From: Octopus bimaculoides
Lineage: Eukaryota
Assembly: GCF_001194135.2 (NCBI RefSeq)
Contig: NC_068986.1
Coordinates: 82,096,177 to 82,128,479 of the forward strand
Direction: 5' to 3'
DNA length: 32,303 nt
Shown: one piece after another, positions 22,431 through 32,303 of the stretch
How positions within the stretch are numbered: the stretch's first letter is position 1
Layout of the letters: each line of letters opens with the position of its first letter
Made by a program: the position numbers and the translations under genes
Notes under the pieces: model-generated
The model's input: the letters and a program-made list of their open reading frames with translations, nothing else
Databases searched by the model: none
Told to the model about the DNA's origin: nothing

Positions 22431-23554
22431 GACAAGTTACAAGGATAAAAAAAAAAAGTAGTTTCTTTTCTCGTGAAATTCATCTAAGGAAGAACAGAAA
22501 GGAAATAGCATGACCTCTTTGTAGCAAATAATAGGGACTGTTTCCACACGTCCTCAAAGATTGAGCTGGAGAAGAGCATGTTCAACGTACATGCAAGAAA
22601 GTACGGTCCTGCAATGGGAGCAGAGATATGGAACCATACGACTAGTATTTAAGACCGAGGATAAAAAAGCAGAGGGCGACAGAGCCTCGTGTTAGTAACG
22701 AAGTAAATAGGAAAAAAGGAAATCAACTTTGCTACCAATGATATTTCTATCGACAGATATTCCTGGTTTGTCGTGACCTTTGTGGTACAGTATGGGCAAA
22801 TGTTAAATGCATAGGTGACCCGCCCAGACTAGAGACAAAAAGTTGGAAGTTCTTAAAAGAAGCCGGTCTCTAAGACAATCTTACATCAAATTTACCTGAA
22901 TTAGCAACGTGAAATTAAATGACCTGAACAAGAACAAGAGGAAAACTGTGTCGTTTGTGGCCGATTATATCAGCACAAACTTGAAAGACTGTTGGCAAAA
23001 TATACACCACAAATTTCCATACACAACTAACGAATCAAACTCATAGTTTGTAAGAGGTTTCACATATCATTAAAACTTGAAGACTTCCACTGCTAGACTC
23101 CCTGGCATCAACCAGTTACCTACCACTTCTCTTTTATCCCTGCCACTAAACTGCTCCTACTCCTGTTACTTCCTACTATTCAACAGTTCCCCACTACACT
23201 CTATCTAAATAATTTAGAGCCGTTTGGCTGTCAGACATATTGTGTACTATGTGGTGTCGTTAGATTTTACAGTGTACTGATTTCGACATCAGTCGAAAAC
23301 AATCACGTTATATCTGACCGTGTTGATGGCTATATCGACTGTTCTTATTTTGTCCCTCACCAGCAGTCCAAAACAGCTATATTTTATATCTGACACTGTA
23401 AATATGTTGGTGGCCTCATCGACTATTCTCGTTACAGAGAGGAATTTTATTTTTGATTCTGCCATTCTGTCAGCATCTTCATTTTACATTCCTATTCAAA
23501 CACCTTTCACACTATAAATATTATTTACATTAATATTTTACTATTATTGTTATT

Positions 23555-25430
23555 TTTTTGTCGTTGTTATTTTGCTGTTTCAGAATAAAGGGCTGCACTT
23601 TCCTGTTAGTCTCAATTCAAATATCCTTCTGCCTGTTAAGTAGCAGTTTGTGTTTTGTGCCAAGAACACCGATTACTACAGGAACAATTTTCCCCTTAGT
23701 GTTCTACAATCTCTTCATCTTACAAGTAGGTCCTAATATTTCTCAATTTTTCCAATTTCTTTGATATTCACTTTATTATCACATGGTATTGCAAAGTCTA
23801 TGACCTTACACTGTTCGATTTTTCTTCTCTACACTCATATCTGGCTTTCATACTTCGATAGTATGATCAGTCTTTATGGGGAAGTCCTATAAAATCTTTT
23901 AAATGTTATTCTCCATCACAGTCTCTAGCTTGTGTGGATACCACTTACCTGTTACTTTGAATCCAAACACTCGGTTAACAGCTCAATGCATTCTTACCGA
24001 CACAGTCACGCGTACGCCTGTACCCTTTTCTGTGCTGTCTTACTTGAAAGATGGTCAATACTTTCGTCTCCTTTTCTACAAATTTTGCGTTTGCTCTCTG
24101 ACTGAGAAAAGGTGCATAGTATCTTAATACCAGAGTAGCTCGTGTAATATTTCTTTCCTCAACACGTTTGCTCCCCTCGTAATAAATTCTCCTTCTCCAC
24201 CTAGCTATACACTTCATCTACTATGATATTAATTAGTTTTCAAAGTAATGGCAAGCATGTAATATGCCTTTAATAACATACTTCTCCTCACTTTCCATTG
24301 TCCTTCTATATTAGCACTACATTTCTTTTTGTAATCCCTGTTGGTGCTTCATTTTCAATAGTCAGTAAGAAATAATTGTTTTTAGTAATGTATGCTTAAG
24401 GTATTTTAAGACCAGAATCCTTGAACACCATTTGGTCTAGGGGCTTTCCAATTTGGTATTTTGCTAAGAATCTCTTTCAATTTCTCCTCTGGAATGTTCA
24501 TATCCTTTTGTTTTGATCTGCTTACCATTTCATTTTTAAATTTCCATAACCATTCCACTTTCTTGTTATATTGAATCTCCTTGTTCCGAATATCTAACCC
24601 AAATTTCCTTGCTGCTTCAGTATTTGGCATATTATGTCCTTGATGTTTGTTCTCATTGTTTAGATGTTGGTAAACTTCCTTTTCGTTGTTTCTGGAGAGC
24701 CTGTTCTGTTGGCATTGGTTTATTTTTTGTCGGTATCTATTTCTTTTACCCTATTTTTTGAATTATCTCTTCTTAACTACCTTTAATCTTCTATGTCTAA
24801 TATTATACTTCCTTTGGAGCTCGTTCCTGTGTTTTTATTTCTCCATCTTCTTTTAAGTTATTGCACCTACCTTTCCAAAATCTCTACTGAGCTGTTCAAC
24901 TTGATTCGAAAGTCCATTTCTGCTATGGGTCTTTGTTCCTTGCTTTTCCTTGACTTGAATTTCCCCAGAAACAAATGCTACTCAGTATAGAAGGTCATTT
25001 AGATTTACATTTTCAACACAGATTTTTATTAACAGCTCGTTCAGTTTCTTTACTATTTTTCGCACCTTTTCTCTTTCAATTCCTCTCAAAGATGGTAGAC
25101 ACTATCTTTCAAATTTTTTTGTCCCATCGAGGTTCATGTGGCAAGCCTGTTTTCTCTTCAGTAACATCCTTTCCTTCTACGAAGTAAACTTCTTTTCGAT
25201 TTGGCAATTATCATCCCCTGATGGCTTCTATTATCTTTTGCTGTTTTCCTTTTATTCTTGTTCCTTATAGCTATGTTCTCCTCTTCCGCTGTTTTGCATA
25301 TATCTTCCTGTTCCAACTGGGATAACTACTGCCCTATCACGATTAAATTTTTCTAGTCTAGAAGTCTTTATTCTATAACAGGGAACGTCTTTCTCTGTCC
25401 ATACTGCTATTTTCACAGTGCTATTGTCGT
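23555..25430 (-). mobile_element. Decayed Dong/R4-like non-LTR retrotransposon lacking most of the RT core
   Basis: RYRQKINQCQQNRL (~24700-24740) and LSKIPNWKAPRPNGVQGFW (RT start, ~24410-24465). Then CKICRKGDESIDHL and YRRTRDCVGK (zinc-knuckle region), and DFPIKTDHTIE, CKVIDFAIPCDNKVNIKEIGKIEKY and IVPVVIGVLG (restriction-like endonuclease, ~23650-23890). Confidence 0.8.
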
Positions 25431-26254
25431 TTTGAGACTATTTTCTACAGTCTTTGCAGTGGTAGTCGGTTAACGACCAGTTCCGTCCTGCTGCAGAATG
25501 GAACACTTGCCGTGTGAGAGACCTTTACTCTGAGATCCGGTCTCATGAACGCAGTTGTGATAATACTTTTCATTTAGCATTTCACTCATAAAGAGGCCCT
25601 TAGTGTTAAGGTGTCACAACCACCGCTGTTTTAATCGAGATATCATCTATAGGGAGCTGTCAGTTAATGCTACAGAAATTCTTTTTTGTTAGGTCTAACA
25701 TCCGAAAATTCGATCTGTGTCGTTTTTTTATTTCGGGATACGCGTTATCATTATTGTTACTATCATGCGGTGGTAATGACGTCATCGACAGCAATACTAA
25801 TAAAAAAACAACACTATTTGGATGGCTGGTGACTCTCCTGATTTCATCTGCTCTTTGACAGGTTTTGCTTTTTAAACTGCAGGGCGTCCAAATAGAAAAA
25901 AAAACACCCACCTCACAAAGCATGCACGGTAGGGTTGCCGGTTTAGTTGCCGAGTGCTCAATTTTTGTGAATATTGACCGGGTATCTTTAATCAAACCGT
26001 CGCGATTTCTCACCTCCTTTCAAGGTAGTAATGGAGAGGTGAATATAACGAACTGGGAGGGATGAGGCACCGGTAAAAAAATTAAAGAAGGAAGTACGGC
26101 ATTTCATAATGTTATCTGAGCACCGCTTATTATGGAAGTGATAGAAAGGCTTGTGAGTGGAGATGTGGGAGTAGTCTATTGCTCTAGCTGTAGTAAAAGA
26201 CAATAACAACAACAACAAAACAGCAAAACAACAGGATATCACAGCAACAGAACG

Positions 26255-26259
26255 TCATC

Positions 26260-26326
<67 letters not shown>

Positions 26327-26335
26327 ACATCATTA
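26255..26335. repeat. (CAT)n microsatellite
   Basis: Direct observation. Confidence 0.97.
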
Positions 26336-26868
26336 GAAGTAATTACTTGGGAAAAATAATAAGACCTCGTTTATGGTTGACTAAAGATGGAGAAGACCAC
26401 CTAGGAGTCACTACCTAGGAGGGTCCGGCACTCTTAGAGTATCAAGAACTAAGCGAATGAAACACTTGTTTGGTGGAAGTTCTTCCACTGTAGATTTCAG
26501 TCCGATCACCCTGTAGCGAGGTTCTACTCACTATAAGAATGTTTAACTTTTAAACACTGTGGGCTGGTAACAGAGTCGAAACCAAGGCCCATCAACAAAT
26601 ATGACTATTTTAAGAAATTCCTTAGAACCAATCAGTAGTTCTGCGAACAAAGTGAGCAAGAGGAGACAGATTGAGAGGGTTTGAGTCATTACCCTTATTA
26701 TTTTTTTAAACAAAGGAGAGAAGTGAGAAAGACTTGCTTAAATGCAGGAAACAAGATACCAACAACAACAGAACTACAAAACCAAATATTTATTGTTGTA
26801 ATAAAACATTTATACAGCAAATATTATTATTACAACAACAAAACAATTATTTTTATTACTATTAGAAA

Positions 26869-27012
26869 GAGTTCAAATTCCACCGAAGTCGACTTTGCCT
26901 TTCATCATTTTGGGGTCGATAAAATAAGTGCCATCTGATCTTTGAGATCGATGTTATCGACTAGCTCCATCCCCCAAAATTGTAGGCCTTGCGCCTATAG
27001 TAGAAAGGATCA
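26869..27012 (+). mobile_element. 5'-truncated SINE copy (B-box region through 3' end)
   Basis: GAGTTCAAATTCCACCGAAGTCGACTTTGCCTTTCATC...GTCGATAAAATAAGT...CCCCCAAAATTGTAGGCCTTG is the reverse complement of the body of 27590-27725. Confidence 0.85.
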
Positions 27013-27135
27013 TAGATAAAACATTCGACTTATTATTATTAATGCTACAATGTGACCGAAGGCTGCTTATTTAAATTCAAACATCATTACAATTGGAGTT
27101 TGTAAGAACAAAGTTTAAAGTTTATTTCTCTGACG

Positions 27136-27166
<31 letters not shown>

Positions 27167-27409
27167 TGAGAGNNNNNNNNNNNNNNNNNNNNNNNNACAG
27201 ATTGACAGAGAGACAGAGGGAGAGAGACAGAGAGACAGAGAGACAGAGAGACAGGGGGAGAGAGACAGAGACAGAGACAGAGACAGACAGAGACAGAGAG
27301 AAAGAGACAGAGAGAAAGAGACAGAGAGAAAGAGAGTGGATAGAGATAGAGAGAGGGGATAGAGAGAACGAGAAAGAGAGAGAGAAGGGTACAGTGAGAA
27401 AAAGAGACA

Positions 27410-27452
<43 letters not shown>
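27136..27452. repeat. (GA)n/(GAGACA)n/(TG)n compound microsatellite
   Basis: Direct observation. Confidence 0.95.
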
Positions 27453-27453
<1 letters not shown>

Positions 27454-27589
27454 CTGACTGAGTAGGATGGAAAAAGAGAATGAGGGCTGATAACGCCGAC
27501 CTTGATGGAATATATACTGTGAAGAATAATGTTAAATACTAAAGTATAGAGTATGATATTCATTTATCTCCACTGCCCTCTCACAATAT

Positions 27590-28071
27590 AGATAACTTTG
27601 GCACAAGGCCAGCAATTTCGGAGGAGGAGATAAGTCGATTCCATCGGTCCCCATGTTAGACTGGTACTATTTTATCGACTCCGGAAGGATGAAAGGCAAA
27701 GTTGGCCTTAGCGGAATTTGAACTCAGAACGTAAAAACGCACGAAATGTCACTAAGCATTTTACCGGCGTTCCAACGATTCTGACAGCTCTCCACGTTTG
27801 GTTTCAAATTTGCAACGTGTGCTTACGATCCTGCCAGCTCGCCGCCTTCTTGATAATGATTTCAAATATTGGTACAAGGCCCAGCGACTTCGTGGGAGAG
27901 AGTAACTCGGTTATATCGACTCCTGTGCTCGACTAGTATTTATTTTATCGACTCCGAAAGGATGAAAGATAAAGTCGGCCTCGGCGGAATTTGAACTCAG
28001 AACGTTAAGACGGACAAAATGCCGCTAAGCATTTTGCTTGACGTTGCTATCGATCTGCCAGCTCACCGCCT
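27590..28071 (-). mobile_element. Head-to-tail array of SINE copies: full 27590-27795, internally deleted 27797-27848, full 27858-28071
   Basis: GGAATTTGAACTCAGAACGT (B-box-like on the minus strand) occurs twice. The head pattern CTG[A/C]CAGCTC occurs three times and a tail pattern three times (TTTCAAAT twice, [G/T]ACAAGGCC twice). Confidence 0.85.
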
Positions 28072-29889
28072 ACTTAATATTAATACTTACGTGGTTTCGA
28101 CTCTCGAATTAAGTCATTTCACTTCCGGTACATTACTAACACCCTCGTGCCCCACGTCACGCTACTATGAGCATGATACACCCGATAATATTTCAGTTCA
28201 CACTTCTCTAAAATGTAGAGAACTTTTCTCCTTTCTAAAATATTTACCTTATTTTTCATTCCTCAAACTATTTGTCGCATTCTGTGTTAAGTGAAAAGAA
28301 CAGTTAATCGAAACCTGATCGATGTAATCTTTGATCAGGTTTCTATTTCTAATTGGAACTGCTACACCTAAATTACTTTTTTCGGTGAAGACTATCGCCA
28401 TTCCTATTTCTCGTAGCTTTATAAACCTAAAACGTGTCTGTCAGGAATCGTTTCTCAATTTCCTTATTCAACTACCATCCTCCATTCCTTGCTAATATGA
28501 AAGAAAATAATTTCTCGCCAACCTAATAGATATTTTGGTTATAATGTGTTTGTGTCTCTTTCCTGTTCCATACTTTATACCATGTCGTTAGATATTGTAA
28601 TGTCTGTATCTAGCTTAAAGATAGTCAAACATTTAACAGCATATCACATATCTTTTTTTTTTCTCCTTCATTACAGAAAGAAAACATCTTCAGTAAACAT
28701 GTCGAGAACGAAGGAAAATAAAAACAATTCTGAAAATCATGGCAGCTTCAATGTAACAAGTTTTGTCCAATAAATTCACTTTACTTTGCTTAAACTACCT
28801 CTTTAATGTATTTTTTCCTCGTTAAATGTGAATTGGCTCAAGTAGATATGTTAAATTTAAGACTATCTCAAACACGCAAACAAAAATCTGCCATTTGTAA
28901 TAATCCAGTAATGTATTTATACATTATATAAATGTTCATTACAGTTAAATGTCCTGTGAAGGACGGCCAAAACCTATTTACAATGTTTCCATGATTGTCA
29001 TTGAGGTTAAATCAGTATTTCGTATACTAGAGTTATTTCTAACAGTTTATTTCCCATCTGTGAAGTAATCACACAAGGAGTTTATTCTCTGCCGCCATTT
29101 ATTCGCTGTTAAATGGTTGAATAACCGAAAGGAAGGATAGATCAGATGTTTTACAGTATTTATATCCCTCTATGCTCCCTGTTCAAATCTCACCACTTTT
29201 AACTTTACTTTTAACACTCATACGTCACAATCATACATCCCTAATATCTAACGCCAGATATGCAGTATTTCAATCAATGAAGACATGACAACCTGTTGTC
29301 TTTCAATAACAGTGAAATTAAGTACACAAAGTAAATATACTTTATAAGTCTTATAATCTCTACTCACTAACAATTCACAATGAAAATATTTTCAAACTTT
29401 ACAAATACAAGCTTTAAAATACTTCGCTATCTCTCAAGATAGCCATATCTGCAATACAAATATGGCTGTTAACATCTACTAATGTTCTACCAAATAAAAA
29501 TGTGATACATACAGTCTGCTACCAAACAGTACGTCCACCTGAGTGCCATATCTAACACATTACAACCATTAGCAAAGCTACATCTTCTGTCTTCCCATGT
29601 CTCTTCTTCCAGGTAGTAAGGAACTTTAGGGAGAGCTGAGCAGCAGCTCTTCAGAGAAGAAGCCCCCCCCCCCCACCTCGTGCAAGTGTTTTTTGCCCTT
29701 AAATCCTTATATTCTAAAGGACCGGGCTGCGTTCAGGTCATAATCACTGGATTCACTTCTGCTGTCATATTCTGGCTATAATCTGTATTGCAACTCATAT
29801 GGATGACTAAAGTGCCTCAGATCCAAAGTATCTTTGGTGCTGTAATCAGTTCAGTTTAAGGCACCGGTTGACTATAGGGTAAATTATGC

Positions 29890-30290
29890 CCAAATTATGC
29901 CCTTTGAAATTCAGTTTGTGACCAGATCCAGTTGGAACACTTTTCAGCTGCACCTACCATTGCTTCAAGAGCTCTGGTCTTCTTCCTCCCAGAAACTGAG
30001 AGCTGTTTCATGAGATCGTAGACAGATTTGTTCATAAGCCCTCTCACATCCACCTCTATTGCGAGGACGTTGATTTGGAAGCTACGTTTTGCTGATGTCG
30101 TCCATATTCACTCTCCCATTCTACAAACACATACAATTCTTTCAAACAATGACGTCCACCACAGTGAAACGGAGCTGTGATATACCAACATAACACCACC
30201 ACTGCGAGAGAAGGGCTGTACGACATGGAATACACCAACCTCATCACTATGCTCCCCTCAACCACTGTGTATCTTTGAGGGGAGATATTC
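29890..30290 (-). mobile_element. Decayed restriction-like endonuclease 3' end of a HERO-like non-LTR retrotransposon
   Basis: AIEVDVRGLMNKSVYDLMKQLSVSGRKKTRALEAMVGAAEKCSNWIWS resembles VEVG.RGF...S...L...LG..G.......L..AAE..S.WLW. Upstream VVVLCWYITAPF resembles V.LIELTVPW. Confidence 0.6.
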
Positions 30291-30407
30291 CCCATTACCA
30301 GACTAAAATAGGAAAGAAAAAAAAAACGAAAATGTGAACCTAGAAGAACTTTCTCTCTTATACATTGTAGAAAAAAATGAATTAATAAAATATTTATTTC
30401 ACAGTCA

Positions 30408-31265
30408 CAGGAGTGGCTGTGTGGTAAGTAGCTTGCTTACCAACCACATGGTTCCGGGTTCAGTCCCACTGCGTGGCACCTTGGGCAAGTGTCTTCTACT
30501 ATAGCNNNNNNNNNNNNNNNNNNNNNNNNNNNNNNNNNNNNNNNNNNNNNNNNNNNNNNNNNNNNNNNNNNNNNNNNNNNNNNNNNNNNNNNNNNNNNNN
30601 NNNNNNNNNNNNNNNNNNNNNNNNNNNNNNNNNNNNNNNNNNNNNNNNNNNNNNNNNNNNNNNNNNNNNNNNNNNNNNNNNNNNNNNNNNNNNNNNNNNN
30701 NNNNNNNNNNNNNNNNNNNNNNNNNNNNNNNNNNNNNNNNNNNNNNNNNNNNNNNNNNNNNNNNNNNNNNNNNNNNNNNNNNNNNNNNNNNNNNNNNNNN
30801 NNNNNNNNNNNNNNNNNNNNNNNNNNNNNNNNNNNNNNNNNNNNNNNNNNNNNNNNNNNNNNNNNNNNNNNNNNNNNNNNNNNNNNNNNNNNNNNNNNNN
30901 NNNNNNNNNNNNNNNNNNNNNNNNNNNNNNNNNNNNNNNNNNNNNNNNNNNNNNNNNNNNNNNNNNNNNNNNNNNNNNNNNNNNNNNNNNNNNNNNNNNN
31001 ATGTATGTATGTATGTGTGTGTGTGTATATGTTTGTGCGTCTCTGTTTGTCCCCCAACATCGCTTGACAACCGATGCTGGTGTGTTTACGTCCCCGTAAC
31101 TTAGCGGTTCGGCTAAAGAGACCGATAGAATAAGTACTAGGCTTACAAAGAATAAGTCCTGGGGTCGATTAGCTCGACTAAAGGCGGTGCTCCCGCATGG
31201 CCACAGTCAAAATGACTGAAACAAGTAAAAGAGTAAAAGAGTAAAAGTGTAAAAGAGTAAAAGAG
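30408..31265 (+). mobile_element. Full-length tRNA-derived SINE, with an internal microsatellite mostly hidden in a ~495-N gap, and a (GAGTAAAA)n tail
   Basis: Head GGAGTGGCTGTGTGG (A-box-like)...GGTTCAGTCCC (B-box-like)...CACCTTGGGCAAGTGTCTTCT. The 3' half matches 17332-17511. Confidence 0.85.
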
Positions 31266-31747
31266 ATCTGACTAGTCATGTGAGCCTCATCAATGTATAA
31301 TCAGCCCCATTCATGTCATGCTACTGAATAGAAGTTGTGACATGTATCCATTTCCCGCAATGGTTACTATAATAGGAGAAATTCGAACTTAGGCTGTAAC
31401 CTCGGCTCGCTGAGAAATTACCACTGCTCAGCGAAGCAACTTGAGCAAGGTTCCGTATTTTCCCGAGGTAGTGATCCACTATGGCCATAGACAAACATTG
31501 AACCAAAGAATATGTGGTGTGTATATGTGTGTATGATGTGCGTGTGTATGTGTGCACCTTCTTGTATTTCATTTTCTTTTGATTGCTGTGAATATATGTA
31601 GATACGAGCTCGTGAATGTATATGAATGCCGCTGTCCATGTCATATAATTTTCTGTATGAATATGTGTTTATATACACAGAAACACATTCACCTTCACAC
31701 GTACGCCCTCTCACACACATATGTCAAGACAGAGCAAGCGAACAAGC

Positions 31748-32000
31748 GAGAGAGAGAGAGAGAGGGAGAGAGAGAGAGAGAGAGAGAGAAAGAAGGAGAT
31801 GTGGGCGTGTATGTGTGTGTATATACATAAGATTGTTTGTGCTCAATAATCATTTACTGGTTATGTTGAGTCTGTCTAGAGTGACTATATATATATGAAT
31901 ATGTGTATATGTATTTATATGTATAGGCATACGTACGTATATACATATATGTATATATATATATATGCGTTTGTATGTATGTACGTATACATATGTGTGT

Positions 32001-32045
<45 letters not shown>

Positions 32046-32303
32046 CACACACNNNNNNNNNNGTGTGTGTGTATACACACACATACTAGAACATGCACAT
32101 ATACATATAGTTGCTAATTATCAAAGCTGCAATAATGTATTTCTAAATACACCCAAAAGACGGGAGGGTCATGCATGAAGAATCTTCTGTCATAGGTCTT
32201 CTTGTTTAAGATTTACCAGGAAGGAAACAAAAAAATCGTCATCGGTGATGATGAAGGCGGTGATGATGTTGTTGTTGTTGATGATGATGATGATGATGAT
32301 GAT
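31748..32303. repeat. (GA)n, (TA/TG/CA)n and terminal (GAT/GTT)n microsatellites
   Basis: Runs at ~31748-31790, 31885-32085 and 32245-32303. Confidence 0.9.

Noticed and set aside
25777-25784. TGACGTCA (CRE-like palindrome)
   Set aside because: A single 8-mer is expected by chance in 32 kb, and no promoter or gene start is established.
27590-28071. CRISPR-like or other repeat-spacer array
   Set aside because: The units are long, diverged SINE copies without constant-length unique spacers, and there are no cas genes.
28310-28343. 11-bp inverted repeat GAAACCTGATC...GATCAGGTTTC
   Set aside because: Isolated short hairpin with no element context; a terminator interpretation does not apply to this eukaryotic DNA.
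30408-30505. tRNA gene call for the A-box/B-box segments (also the SINE heads at ~27995-28071 and ~19780-19832)
   Set aside because: No complete cloverleaf. They run into SINE bodies that are repeated elsewhere in the window or typical of SINEs.
32033-32052. Perfect palindrome (GT)n-ATAC-(AC)n
   Set aside because: A junction of opposite-polarity dinucleotide repeats next to a gap; common in microsatellite-rich DNA.

Overview
Eukaryotic, repeat-dense DNA with no intact protein-coding gene, rRNA, tRNA or CRISPR array. About 2.9 kb is N gaps. The SINE sequences and very high microsatellite density suggest a coleoid cephalopod, probably Octopus; this is my inference from recognising the repeats, not a database result. 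The window holds simple repeats, at least three tRNA-derived SINE types, and decayed transposons: an L1/Tx1-like LINE, a Tc1/mariner (maT-like) transposase remnant, a lone Tc1-type end, a Penelope-like element with a GIY-YIG endonuclease, two Dong/R4-like LINE pieces, a HERO-like endonuclease piece and a possible hAT MITE. Most long ORFs in the supplied track are artefacts of microsatellites or N gaps. The main unexplained signal is a decayed, intronless minus-strand reading frame at about 14325-15553, interrupted by a SINE. By eye its motifs follow the order and spacing of a cGAS-like/Mab-21 nucleotidyltransferase. Several further stop-poor minus-strand blocks lie downstream of it (9.2-13.4 kb) and upstream (21.0-21.5 kb). 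All family assignments are manual translations compared with remembered consensus patterns and need HMM or BLAST confirmation.
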